From assembly GCA_018823105.1 (NCBI GenBank), contig JAHJJH010000224.1, positions 1 to 47,077 of the forward strand: 47,077 nucleotides of DNA, read 5' to 3'. The position numbers were made by a program, and so were the translations under genes. A model generated the notes under the pieces. That model was not told the DNA's origin. It did no database searches and saw only the letters and a program-made list of their open reading frames with translations. The stretch is from Verrucomicrobiota bacterium. GTDB taxonomy: Bacteria; Verrucomicrobiota; Kiritimatiellia; CAIQIC01; JAGNIJ01. Below are positions 17,136 through 26,842 of this stretch, piece by piece (positions within the stretch are counted from its first letter, which is position 1; every line of letters begins with the position of its first letter).

Positions 17136-18424
17136 GGTTTCTCTCCCGCCGGCTTCAACCAGATCGTGCTCTCCCGGCGCGGCCCCACGGACAGCAGGCC
17201 GACGGGAACGCCGGTGAGTTCTTCCAGCCGGGCCACGTAGGCCCGGGCGCGTTTCGGCAGGTCCTGGAACCGCGTCGCGTCGCGCGTGGGGCATTGCCAG
17301 CCGCCAAAGTCCTCGTATACCGGCCGGCACCGCTCGAGAAAGCGCGCGTCGGCCGGGACGTGCTCCAGGCGCCGGCCGTCGCACTCGTAGGCCGTGCAAA
17401 GGCGGATGGTTTCCACCGTATCCAGCACGTCGAGCTTGGTGACGGCCCACCAGTTCACACCGTTGATCATGACGGCGTGCCGGGCGATCACCGCGTCGAA
17501 CCAGCCGCAGCGGCGCGGCCGGCCCGTCGTTGCGCCGAATTCCTGCCCGCTATCGCGCAGCCACGCGCCGGCTTCGTCCTTCAGTTCGGTCGGGAACGGC
17601 CCCTCGCCCACCCGCGTCGTGTACGCCTTGATGACCCCGACCACCCGGTCAATCCGGTTCGGCGGGATGCCGCTCCCGGTGCACGCCCCGCCCGCGGTGG
17701 CGTTGGAGGAGGTCACGAAGGGGTAAGTCCCGTAATCGATATCCAGCATCGTCCCCTGTGCGCCCTCGAAGAGAACCGACTCCCCGCGCGCGACCGCGTC
17801 GTTGAGCAGGGGGAGCGTATCCGCCACGAACGGCGCGAGCCGCGCGGCGGCGGCCCGGTAGTCCGCCTCGATGGCGGCGGCGTCCATCGCCGGCGCCCCG
17901 AGGGCGGCCAGGATTCGGTTCTGCTCCTCCAGGCGCGGGCGCAACAGGGAGGGCAGGTTGGGCGCGACCAGGTCCGCCATCCGCAACCCGACCCGCGAGG
18001 CCTTGTCGCCGTAAGCGGGGCCGATGCCCCGCTTGGTGGTCCCGATCAGCGGCCCGCCCGTCCGGGCCAGCTCGCGCTGTTCGTCGAGCAGCCGGTGAAA
18101 GGGCAGCACCACGTGCGCCCGGTCGCTGACGAAGAGCCGGCCGGCCGGGTCCACGCCCCGCTCGCGGAGCCCGTCGAGTTCGAGCAGCAGGGCCAGGGGG
18201 TCCACGACCACCCCGTGCCCTATGATGCAGCGACAGGCGGGGTGCAGGATGCCGGAGGGGATCAGGTGGAGAATAAATCGTTCGCGGCCGATCTCCACGG
18301 TATGGCCCGCGTTGTTGCCGCCCTGGTAGCGGACGACCCAGTCCGCTTGGGCGGACAGGACGTCAATGATCTTGCCCTTACCCTCGTCTCCCCACTGCGC
18401 CCCGATTAACACCGTAGTGGCCAT
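17132..18424 (-). CDS. purA: Adenylosuccinate synthetase
   Basis: 'GAQWGDEGKGK', 'GGNNAGHT', 'EGAQG..LD.DYGTYPFVTSS', 'GATTGRPRRCGWFD'. Confidence 0.97.
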   Translation of the reverse strand: MATTVLIGAQWGDEGKGKIIDVLSAQADWVVRYQGGNNAGHTVEIGRERFILHLIPSGILHPACRCIIGHGVVVDPLALLLELDGLRERGVDPAGRLFVSDRAHVVLPFHRLLDEQRELARTGGPLIGTTKRGIGPAYGDKASRVGLRMADLVAPNLPSLLRPRLEEQNRILAALGAPAMDAAAIEADYRAAAARLAPFVADTLPLLNDAVARGESVLFEGAQGTMLDIDYGTYPFVTSSNATAGGACTGSGIPPNRIDRVVGVIKAYTTRVGEGPFPTELKDEAGAWLRDSGQEFGATTGRPRRCGWFDAVIARHAVMINGVNWWAVTKLDVLDTVETIRLCTAYECDGRRLEHVPADARFLERCRPVYEDFGGWQCPTRDATRFQDLPKRARAYVARLEELTGVPVGLLSVGPRRESTIWLKPAGEKP

Positions 18425-18625
18425 TGGTTTTTCCCGCTATCGCGAAGTCCTGCGCCTGGGTGCTGTAACCTATCGGATGCCCCCGGCCGAATCAACGGAA
18501 AAGGCGGCCGCCGGCAAACCGTGCATTTTTCTTATATACAGCGATGCACGGGCTGCACTATGTTTATCGATGAGGGCGAAGTGGGCCTGCCCTTGGAGGG
18601 CAGTCGCGCAAAAGACAGGTAGGCG

Positions 18626-20191
18626 ATGACGGGGGGAAAATTAACGGTCTTTGGCATAACCCGGCGTCAAGGGATGGGCCTGTTCCTGGCGAGCCTGATC
18701 ATCCTGCTCCTGTTCTCCTTCCTCTACTTCAACGCCCGGCGTTCAGTTCTCAATGAAATCCGGAATCAGGCCAAGGGGATTGCCATCGCCGTCGCCACGG
18801 GCTTGGGCGCCTCGGACCTGGAAGCCGTGCGCGGCCCCGAAGACATCGACTCGGAGCCCTATCAGCGTATTCAGACGTACCTCGGGCACGCGGAGGAGGC
18901 CATCTCCGATGTCCGGTACGTCTATACCATGCGCCGTTCGTCGGCGACCGACGCGACCGAGAGCGATTATGAATACCTGGTGGACGGCCCCGAGCGTGAC
19001 ATCAACGGCGACGGGATCATCGACCGCGAGGAACAAAGCGAGACGCTGGGCAATCCCTACTCCGCCGCCGAGTTGCCCGAGCTGATCCAGGCCTGGCACC
19101 GGCCGGCCGCGGACCTGGACGTCTCGCCCGACCCGCCGTACCCCGACCTGATGTCCGGTTATGCCCCCGTGCGCAACGCTCGTGGCCAGACGGTGGCCAT
19201 CGTGGGGGTGGACATCACGGCCGCGACGGTGCGCGCAAAGCTGCTGACCCTGCGGATCGTCATTGCCGCGGTGTGGATCGTGCTGACGCTGCTGATGATC
19301 ATGGTGGTCCATCTTTACTACCGCGCGCAGGAAGCCCTGGAGACCAACCGCGCCCTGTCCGCCGAACTGGCAAGCCGCAACGAAATGCTGCGGGCGGCCA
19401 ACGTGGAACTCGCCCATAACAACGAGCAGTTCGTGCGGGAAATGAAGTTGGCCCAGTCTGTTCAGCTCGGCTTCCTCCCCAAGAGCTTCCCGAGGCAGGA
19501 CAAGATCGTCTTCGACCGCTATTACCTCACCTGCGAAATGCTCGGCGGCGATCTGTTCGACGTCTTTACGCTGGATAACGACCACGTCGGCATGTACATG
19601 GCGGACGTCGCCGGTCATGGCGTCAGTGCGGCCCTGATCTCCGGCCTCCTGAAAATGGCCGTCAACTCGGTGCGGGACAACCCGGCCGGCGACGCCGGCC
19701 CCCTCTCCGCCCGCCTGACCCAGCCCGATAAGACACTGTCCACGATCAACGACATGCTGGTCAAGGAACTCCCGGAATACGAGTTCATCACCATGATTTA
19801 TGCCGTGCTCGACATCCCCACGTGCACCTTCCACATCTCCAGCGCGGGACATCTCTCGCCGCTGAAATACGATGCCGTGGCCCGCCGGGTCGTCTCGTGG
19901 GAGATCCCGACGGAAACCGCGCTGGGGCTTGTGGAGAAGTGCACGTACACGACCGTCGAGCGCGCGGTCGCCCCGGGGGATAAAATCCTTTTCTTCACCG
20001 ACGGGCTGGTCGAGGCCATGAACGAACGCGGCGAGGAATTCGGAGAAGAGGTCCTCTTCAAGCTGTTCGAACAGCAGGCCTCCCAGCCGCCCGCCCAGAT
20101 CATCAGCGTGCTCAAGCAATCGGTGGAACAGCATCGCGGCGCCGAAAAGGTCAGCGACGACTACTCCATCCTCGTCGCGGAGATCCGGTAA
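18626..20191 (+). CDS. Membrane-bound PP2C/SpoIIE (RsbU-like) phosphatase with extracytoplasmic sensor domain
   Basis: Two TM helices flanking a Cache-like domain, coiled coil, then 'AQSVQ...LP', 'GGDLFD', 'ADVAGHGVSAAL', 'FTDGLVEA', 'SDD'. Confidence 0.9.
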   Translation: MTGGKLTVFGITRRQGMGLFLASLIILLLFSFLYFNARRSVLNEIRNQAKGIAIAVATGLGASDLEAVRGPEDIDSEPYQRIQTYLGHAEEAISDVRYVYTMRRSSATDATESDYEYLVDGPERDINGDGIIDREEQSETLGNPYSAAELPELIQAWHRPAADLDVSPDPPYPDLMSGYAPVRNARGQTVAIVGVDITAATVRAKLLTLRIVIAAVWIVLTLLMIMVVHLYYRAQEALETNRALSAELASRNEMLRAANVELAHNNEQFVREMKLAQSVQLGFLPKSFPRQDKIVFDRYYLTCEMLGGDLFDVFTLDNDHVGMYMADVAGHGVSAALISGLLKMAVNSVRDNPAGDAGPLSARLTQPDKTLSTINDMLVKELPEYEFITMIYAVLDIPTCTFHISSAGHLSPLKYDAVARRVVSWEIPTETALGLVEKCTYTTVERAVAPGDKILFFTDGLVEAMNERGEEFGEEVLFKLFEQQASQPPAQIISVLKQSVEQHRGAEKVSDDYSILVAEIR

Positions 20192-20281
20192 AGCCCGGCG
20201 CCCTCATGTCCGCCCGCGGAGCGGCCGGACCACCCATGGATCGTTCCGGGGTGGCCGTCGCTTTCCGCCGCGACGCTGCCC

Positions 20282-21583
20282 TCATTTTGAAACGACTTGG
20301 CGCGCCGCTTTCCGCCGCTTTCGCGCGGCATATTCGGGCGCTTCGCGGAGGCACAGGCCCAGCACGCGCAGCGATTCCTTGAAGTAGCGCAGGCTTTCCT
20401 TTTTCAGTTCCGCCGGCAACTCGCCCACGTCCGCCCAGCCGGCCGTCTGGAGATCGTCGGGGGGCAGGGCCAGCTTCTCCCAGTTCCGGAACAGCCGCCC
20501 CCACTCGCTGTGCAGGATCTTGTGCACCAGCTTCTGGTGCGTCGGGTACCAGAACGAATCGTGGTACAACACGCTGGCGATGTAGGCCCACGGGGCCAGG
20601 ATGGTTTTCAGCGACCATTCGACGGGCTTCTTCAGCGGCCCCCAGTAGATCAGGTGCTGCATCCGGCTCGCGAAGGTCATCTTCCGGAACGGACCGTCGA
20701 AGCGCCAATTCTCCGCGGCGGCCTCCGCGTCGCCGACGATCTCGATCTCGCGCGGGTCGCCGCAGCCCAACCCGCGCTCATGGGCCAGGCGCACATACTT
20801 CAGGTCCGCGAGCGGATCGAAGCCCATGATTTTCGCGGCGACCGCGTCAATGGCCACCTGGTCGGCCGAGGCCAGCAGGACGTTCTTGACGTGCGGCACC
20901 ATGCAGCGCGGCCCCGGCCCATCTCCGGCCAACGTGCCGTCCATGACGGCGAACATGCCGCTGTGGATTTTTTTCTGGATCATCAGCAGGTCCACCAGGG
21001 TCTCGTGGATCACCGGGTGGGTCCAATGCCGGCGCTCGTTCAGCAGTCCCCCGAAGGCGTTTTTCATGGCCCCGGTGGTCGTCGTGAAGACGTGGGTCTT
21101 CACCGTTGGCAGGTGGATGATGTTCTCGCCCAGGAAGCGCTTCGGGATCATGAACCCGTCGGGATACACCTGGTTCAGGCAGAGGAACGTATCGGCCAGG
21201 TCGCCCACGGCGTCGCGGATGTGCATCCACTCCTCGCCCTCGTACAGGTGGACGTTCTTGAGCCCGTGCGCCTCGATCACGGGGAGCTGTTTGTTTTCCC
21301 GCTCGCCGAGATGGGCGTCGATGACCACCGTTCGGTTATGGCATCCGTGGATCCGGGCGGGGTCATAGCCGTCCCGTTTGAGGGCGCGAATGACCCCGTC
21401 GAGCTGCCAGGGGGTGGTGGAACTCGCCGGGTAGAAAAAGTGCCAGCTGATGTTGATTTTAAGCGCCGTGTCGCGGTCGCGCGGCAGGACGGACTGGTAC
21501 CCGGCCAGGTTCATCAGGCGATGGATATCGCCCAGGATCGTGGCCGGCCCCGTCCTCAATACCGCGACTTTGGCCTTGCTCAT
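20282..21583 (-). CDS. DUF362 family protein
   Basis: 'ALKINISW', 'TTPWQL.GVI', 'LPTVKTH...TTTGAMKNAFG', 'DG...GDGPGP', 'ASADQVAIDAVAAKIMGFDP'. Confidence 0.8.
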   Translation of the reverse strand: MSKAKVAVLRTGPATILGDIHRLMNLAGYQSVLPRDRDTALKINISWHFFYPASSTTPWQLDGVIRALKRDGYDPARIHGCHNRTVVIDAHLGERENKQLPVIEAHGLKNVHLYEGEEWMHIRDAVGDLADTFLCLNQVYPDGFMIPKRFLGENIIHLPTVKTHVFTTTTGAMKNAFGGLLNERRHWTHPVIHETLVDLLMIQKKIHSGMFAVMDGTLAGDGPGPRCMVPHVKNVLLASADQVAIDAVAAKIMGFDPLADLKYVRLAHERGLGCGDPREIEIVGDAEAAAENWRFDGPFRKMTFASRMQHLIYWGPLKKPVEWSLKTILAPWAYIASVLYHDSFWYPTHQKLVHKILHSEWGRLFRNWEKLALPPDDLQTAGWADVGELPAELKKESLRYFKESLRVLGLCLREAPEYAARKRRKAARQVVSK

Positions 21584-21732
21584 GCTTTAGCCTGCCTTTT
21601 CAGAAAGATATACTGCCGAAGCAGCCGTCGCAAGGACCGCCTGACATTGTGCCGCCAGACATTGACATGCCGCGGTATATATTTAACAATCAGACTGGTG
21701 TAGTAATAAGAGAAAGGCTGGAATAGTACATC

Positions 21733-22098
21733 ATGCCGGCGCCACCGCTTAATATCCTCACGACGCAAAGGGGGGAGGTCGTGGTGGTCAAGCTGGACGG
21801 CATCGTGGATGCTTCGACCATTGATGCCCTCCGGCGGATATTGGAGCCGCTTTGCCTCCAGCCGGGCGCGCGCATCGTGGTGGACGGGTCCCTGCTCTCG
21901 TACATCAACAGCCTTGGATTCGGCATCTTCTTCAAGCTGTCGCAGGTCTGCCGCGAACAGCAGGGCCGCCTGATCCTCGCCGGCCTGCAGGAAAAACTTC
22001 TCATCGTTTTCAAGATCCTCGGGCTGGAAAAATTACTGGCGTTCGCCCCGACCTGCGAGGAGGCCGTGGCGACCCTTTCCGGGAGCGGAGGATCGTGA
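21733..22098 (+). CDS. STAS-domain anti-sigma-factor antagonist (RsbV/SpoIIAA-like)
   Basis: 'VVVKLDGIVDAST', phospho-acceptor region 'LSYINSLGFG', 'VFKILGL'. Confidence 0.9.
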   Translation: MPAPPLNILTTQRGEVVVVKLDGIVDASTIDALRRILEPLCLQPGARIVVDGSLLSYINSLGFGIFFKLSQVCREQQGRLILAGLQEKLLIVFKILGLEKLLAFAPTCEEAVATLSGSGGS

Positions 22099-22544
22099 GC
22101 TCCGTCGTGGCAGATACCCGATCCAACGTGCAGATTCGCGTCCCCGGCGAACTGCGGTTCCTGGCCCTCATCCGCTCGGTGATTACCATGCTGGCCCGGA
22201 CGGCGGGCTTCCCGGACACGGACGTGGACAAAATCGAACTGGCCGTGGACGAGGCCTGTACCAACGTCATGGAACATGCCTACCGCACGGCCTGCCCCAA
22301 GCCGGCCGTCGAGCTGGAAGTCCGTTGGGAGCCCGGTCGGTTCGTCGTGGACATCGTGGACCAGGGCACTCCGTTCGATTTCTCCAATTACGTCCCGCCG
22401 AAATTCCCGGACCACTGGCTGAGCGGACGCACCCGCGGCGCCGGGCTTTTCCTGATCCGCTCCTGCATGGACGAGACCGAGTATGAAAGCGAGCCCGGGC
22501 GGGCCAACCGGCTGCGCTTGGTCAAGCTGCTTCAGCCGGCCTGA
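22095..22544 (+). CDS. Anti-sigma factor Ser/Thr kinase (RsbW/SpoIIAB-like, HATPase)
   Basis: GTG 22095 overlaps the STAS stop; 'IELAVDEACTNVMEHAY', 'DQG.PFD', 'G.GLFLIR..MDE'. Confidence 0.9.
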   Translation: MSSVVADTRSNVQIRVPGELRFLALIRSVITMLARTAGFPDTDVDKIELAVDEACTNVMEHAYRTACPKPAVELEVRWEPGRFVVDIVDQGTPFDFSNYVPPKFPDHWLSGRTRGAGLFLIRSCMDETEYESEPGRANRLRLVKLLQPA

Positions 22545-22556
22545 ACGCGCGCCGGC

Positions 22557-23936
22557 TCACCGCGCGCGCTCCTCGATAAACGACTTGACCGCCTCGACGT
22601 CCGCCGGCAGCGTGGCGCATCGCGTAGGGGCGTGCGCCAGGTTGTCGAGGATCTCGTGGTGCGCTTCCCGCCCGGTGGCCTCGCGGATGGCCTGACTGAA
22701 CTTGGCCGGATGCGCCGTAGCCAGGCAGATCGTCGGCGCCTCGCGGTCCAGGTGCTGCTCCGCCACGTGCACACCCACCGCCGTATGGGGGTCGAGCAGG
22801 TAGCCGTATTCCCGGTCGTACCGACGGATCGTCGCCAGCGTGTCGGCGCTGGTGCCCACCCCCGGGATGAAGAGTTCGTCTACCCGCCCCCCGGCTCCGC
22901 AAGGAATGGAGAGCGACCCTGTCGCGGCGAAATCCTTCATCAGGGCCGTCAGCCGCTCGGGGTTCCCTCCCCCCTTGTAATAAAGGTATCGCTCAAAATT
23001 GCTCGCCACCTGGATGTCCATGGAGGGGCTCAACGTCGGCACCACACGCCCCAGGCTGTATACGCCCGACTCGAAAAATCGCGCCAGGATGTCGTTCTCG
23101 TTCGTCGCCAGGATGAGCCGGCGGATGGGCATCCCCATGCGCCACGCGTAGTAGCCCGCCAGGACGTCCCCGAAGTTCCCCGTCGGCACCGCGAACTGCA
23201 CCTCCCGCGCGCCCGTGGTCTGCATGACGTACAGGCCCGCACTGAAGTAATAGACGATCTGCACCAGCACCCGCGCCCAGTTGACGGAGTTCACCGCGCC
23301 CAGGGCGTGTCGCCGCTTGAACTCGAGATCGCTGAACAGCGTCTTCATGATCCGCTGGCAGTCGTCGAACGTGCCCTCGACGGCGATGTTGAAGACGTTG
23401 GAATCCAGTACGGCCGTCATCTGCCTCTCCTGCAGCGGCGCCACGCGGCCGCGCGGGTGCATGATGAAGATATTGATCCGCTCGCGGCCGCGCACGCCGT
23501 GGATCGCCGCGCTGCCCGTGTCGCCGCTGGTCGCGCCGAGGATGTTCAATCGCGCGTCCCGACGCTTGAGGATGTACTCGAAGAAGTTGCTCAAGAACTG
23601 CAGCGCGATGTCCTTGAACGCCAGCGTCGGGCCGTGAAACAGTTCCAGGATATGCACGGGCCCCACCGGCCAGGCGGGGGCGATCTCCGGATGCCGGAAC
23701 GCCATGTAGCTGCGCTCGATCAGGTGGCGCAGGTCGCCGTCCGGCAGGTCCACGAACAGCCGCAGGATCTCGAACGTGATGTCCTGGTAGGACAACCGCG
23801 ACCACGCGTCCAGGCGGTCTTCCACGCGCGGGATGTCCGTCGGGATCAACAAGCCCCCGTCCGGGGCCAGCCCGGTGAGCACCGCGTCCTGGAAACCCAT
23901 CGGCGGAGTCCGCCCCCGTGTGCTGATGTAGTTCAT
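22557..23936 (-). CDS. thrC: Threonine synthase
   Basis: 'YISTRG', 'GLAPDGGL', 'ELFHGPTLAFKD', 'ATSGDTG', 'VPTGNFG', 'DPHTA', 'TAHPAKF'. Confidence 0.96.
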   Translation of the reverse strand: MNYISTRGRTPPMGFQDAVLTGLAPDGGLLIPTDIPRVEDRLDAWSRLSYQDITFEILRLFVDLPDGDLRHLIERSYMAFRHPEIAPAWPVGPVHILELFHGPTLAFKDIALQFLSNFFEYILKRRDARLNILGATSGDTGSAAIHGVRGRERINIFIMHPRGRVAPLQERQMTAVLDSNVFNIAVEGTFDDCQRIMKTLFSDLEFKRRHALGAVNSVNWARVLVQIVYYFSAGLYVMQTTGAREVQFAVPTGNFGDVLAGYYAWRMGMPIRRLILATNENDILARFFESGVYSLGRVVPTLSPSMDIQVASNFERYLYYKGGGNPERLTALMKDFAATGSLSIPCGAGGRVDELFIPGVGTSADTLATIRRYDREYGYLLDPHTAVGVHVAEQHLDREAPTICLATAHPAKFSQAIREATGREAHHEILDNLAHAPTRCATLPADVEAVKSFIEERAR

Positions 23937-24047
23937 CCCATACCTCGGGGGAGAGGATAATCAGCCCCGCGTCGTTTCGACAAGCCCGTTCCGGCGCCCG
24001 CCCCCCCGCGCCACACTTTGCAAAGTGTGGCGCACAGGGGGGGGCGA

Positions 24048-24863
24048 CTACGGATGCCCAATCCTGGCCAGCGCCTCCGCCGCATCGGCCCGGACAAAGG
24101 GATCGGGATCCTTCAACTGCCGACGCAGCGCGCCCGCAGCCCGACGCGACCGCAGCGCGCCCAGGGTCCGGAGGATATGCCGCCGCGCGGGGTCTTCCGC
24201 GCCCGGCAGCGCGCGCAGCAAGGCTTTCCCGGCCGGGGCGCCCAGCGAGGCCAGGGCCTTCGCGGCGGCCTCCCGCACGGTGAAGTAGGGATCGCCCAGG
24301 GCGTCCAGCATATCCGGGATCGCCGCGGGATTGCCGATGTCGCGCAGGGCGTTGATCGCGGCCACGCGCCGCGTTTCGCGCTCATGCCTTACGAAACGAC
24401 GGATCTCGGGCACGGCCTCGCGGCATCGCCACTTACCGAGCGTCCGCAGTGCCGCGCCACTCGTCTCCTCGTCGGCCAGGAGCGCCCGCACGGCACCGGC
24501 GTGTTCGGGCGTTTCACAGAATCCCAGGAGCCAGGCGGCCAACCGCCGAGTTTCCGATCGCTCGTCGCCCAGGAAATCGACCAGCACGGAGGCCGCCTGG
24601 CGGTCGTCCAGGTTTTCCACCATCTCAAAAACCAGGACCTGCACGCCGATGTTCTCCAGGTGCACATAGCGCATCACCAGGCGCAGGCCGTCCGCGCCGC
24701 GGTCCGTCAGCTCGGCCTTCGCCTTTTCCTTCCGGGCCCGCTTCTCCGGCGTCGTCGCATACCGTACGGCGTCCCGCAGCAGCATTTCCTCCGGGTCGGC
24801 CGCCAGGGCCGACAGGACCAGCGCCAGAAAAAGCAATCCCGCCTTTTTCCCATTCGTGTTCAT
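24048..24863 (-). CDS. Secreted HEAT/PBS-lyase repeat protein
   Basis: Signal peptide ending 'SALA-A'; repeats 'LGDERSETRRLAAWLLG', 'LGDPYFTVREAAAKALASLG', 'LKDPDPFVRADAAEALARIG'. Confidence 0.8.
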   Translation of the reverse strand: MNTNGKKAGLLFLALVLSALAADPEEMLLRDAVRYATTPEKRARKEKAKAELTDRGADGLRLVMRYVHLENIGVQVLVFEMVENLDDRQAASVLVDFLGDERSETRRLAAWLLGFCETPEHAGAVRALLADEETSGAALRTLGKWRCREAVPEIRRFVRHERETRRVAAINALRDIGNPAAIPDMLDALGDPYFTVREAAAKALASLGAPAGKALLRALPGAEDPARRHILRTLGALRSRRAAGALRRQLKDPDPFVRADAAEALARIGHP

Positions 24864-26842
24864 TCGCGTAATTCGCCCGGCCCTTTATCTTCTTCAAGGT
24901 CGTACACGATGCCGAAATCGGGGCGTTTCATCCGCGCGCCGTCTTCCGCGCCGCAGGTGTAGCGATCCCGGCCCGCGAGATCGAGCAGGACGGCGAGGCT
25001 GCCGTAGTCGCGGTAGCCGCCGTCGTTGCCGATGCCCTGGCACTGGTCCGGCTGCCGGCCGAAGTAGGCGTCGTCCCCCGCCGAGTCCACGAGCAGGGCC
25101 AGGGCGTTGTTCAGCGCGCGCCCCTGGGCGTGGTGGTCGGCCGTGTAGGTGTCGTCCCCGCCGCGGTCGAAGAGCATGCCCACGCCATAGTCGTGCGCTG
25201 CGCCCTGGACCAGGATATAGCCTGTATACAGGTCGTTTCCCTTGTCATCCGCGAGGAGGCCCAGGCTCAAATGGATGCCTGCGCCCTGGCCGTACTGGTA
25301 CATCTGGTACGTGTCGTTCCCGGCCCCGTCCACCAAGAGGCCGACGCTGTACCAGTAGCTCGCGCCCTGTCCGTAGATGTCCGCCGCGTACGTGTCGTTC
25401 CCGGCCAGGTCCACCAGCGCCGCCACTCCGCCGCCGGCCCAGGGCCGCATTCCGATGGAAAAGCCCTGCGCCAGCGAAAGGAACCGGTCGTCGTGGCGCT
25501 CGTGATCCGGTTCGCGACCGCCGGCCAGGTACCGATCGTTCCCGGCCTTGTCCGCCAGCAGCGCAAAGCCCAACACGCCGGCGTAAGCCTGGCCTGCAAG
25601 CCCCACATCGTACACGTCATTCCCCCCGCCCTCCCGCAGCACGGCCGCCCCGTAAAACGCCGCCGCCTGCGCAAACCCGCCCGCGCGGTACGTGTCTTCG
25701 CCGGCCCGATCCTCGAGCCACGCCGTCCCGCAGAAGGCCGCCGCTTGGCCTGCGTATCGGGCCTGGTAGAGATCGTCGCCCGAGAGGTCGAGCAGCACAG
25801 ACACTGCGAACAGGGCCGCGCCCGGCCCCAGGATCCCCTCGCTTGCGTATCGGTCGTTTCCTTGGAGGTCCACGATGGCCGTGAGCGGTGCGTCGGCCCG
25901 CCCGTCCGCCGAGCCGGCCGCGCCCGAATAGACATCATCTCCGCCCGGGTCCAGAATGAGCAAGGCGCGCTCTGCATACTCATCGCGGCTCGTCGTGCCG
26001 ATGAAGATCGGCCCAAGTTTCGTATCCAGGCGCAGGCCTTCTTTCGGCCAGTCGTCTACGCCGGCTGCCGCGGAAGCCAGTCGGCTTGCCGCCTTGTGAA
26101 AAAGGCGCCCGGCCTTCAACAAATCGTTAAGGCGCACCGAGCGGAGCCGGGCGAGGAAGTTGGACGCCGCCGGCTCCGGATCTAGCGCGTCGGATTCCGC
26201 GATGACCTCTCGAATGAGCTCGGGCGGGAAGCCCGCCGCCTCCAGCTCTGCCCGAACCTCGGAACGGTCCTCCGCGTTGAACACCCCGGCGAAAAAGGAA
26301 GCCGCGAGGTAATCCGCGTCGCCGGGCTCCAGCGCCGCGACGGCGCGCGCGGCCAGCGCCCCGGCCTCGCGGGCGGTCTGATGGAACAAGCGCAACGCCT
26401 GCAGCAGATCGGCCGAGAGGCCTTCAGGCCAGACCGGTTCAGCGTCCGAGCCCGGAAGCCGGGGCACACCGGTCCGGCTCGCTTCCAGCAGGGAAAAGGC
26501 CAGATCCCAAACCTTTCCGCCCCGGCCTCGCGCGGCCGACGTCACCCGGTCGGCCAGGGACGGCAGGCCGAGCGGGTCGGAAAGGAGACGCCGCAAGTCC
26601 GTAAGGACCGGGTCCGGCTTGGCGTGATCCTTGGCAAAGGCCAAGTCCGCCTCGGTCATGTTCAGGTGCCGCAGCGCGATCGAGAGGTGTCCCGACACGT
26701 TCGTATCGAGGAGCGGGGCGGGCTGCCCCGCCCGGACGGGCAGCGCGAGGAGTGCCAGGAGCGCGGCCTTTCCAATGATTGGGAAAAACGTTCTGCCTTT
26801 TTTCCAATCATTGGAAAAATTTTGCGCGCGTTTTCCAAACAT
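24860..26842 (-). CDS. Secreted protein with ~12 DxxG[DN]DxY repeats (probable Ca2+-binding beta-solenoid), function unknown
   Basis: Signal-peptide-like 'AALLALLALPVRA'; repeats from LDPGGDDVY to LDLAGRDRY with ~31-aa period; stop overlaps the HEAT gene start. Confidence 0.75.
   Translation of the reverse strand: MFGKRAQNFSNDWKKGRTFFPIIGKAALLALLALPVRAGQPAPLLDTNVSGHLSIALRHLNMTEADLAFAKDHAKPDPVLTDLRRLLSDPLGLPSLADRVTSAARGRGGKVWDLAFSLLEASRTGVPRLPGSDAEPVWPEGLSADLLQALRLFHQTAREAGALAARAVAALEPGDADYLAASFFAGVFNAEDRSEVRAELEAAGFPPELIREVIAESDALDPEPAASNFLARLRSVRLNDLLKAGRLFHKAASRLASAAAGVDDWPKEGLRLDTKLGPIFIGTTSRDEYAERALLILDPGGDDVYSGAAGSADGRADAPLTAIVDLQGNDRYASEGILGPGAALFAVSVLLDLSGDDLYQARYAGQAAAFCGTAWLEDRAGEDTYRAGGFAQAAAFYGAAVLREGGGNDVYDVGLAGQAYAGVLGFALLADKAGNDRYLAGGREPDHERHDDRFLSLAQGFSIGMRPWAGGGVAALVDLAGNDTYAADIYGQGASYWYSVGLLVDGAGNDTYQMYQYGQGAGIHLSLGLLADDKGNDLYTGYILVQGAAHDYGVGMLFDRGGDDTYTADHHAQGRALNNALALLVDSAGDDAYFGRQPDQCQGIGNDGGYRDYGSLAVLLDLAGRDRYTCGAEDGARMKRPDFGIVYDLEEDKGPGELRE

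Noticed and set aside
18520-18550. Inverted repeat CGTGCAT-N17-ATGCACG between purA and the phosphatase gene
   Set aside because: Only 7-bp arms and a single occurrence; cannot be separated from chance.
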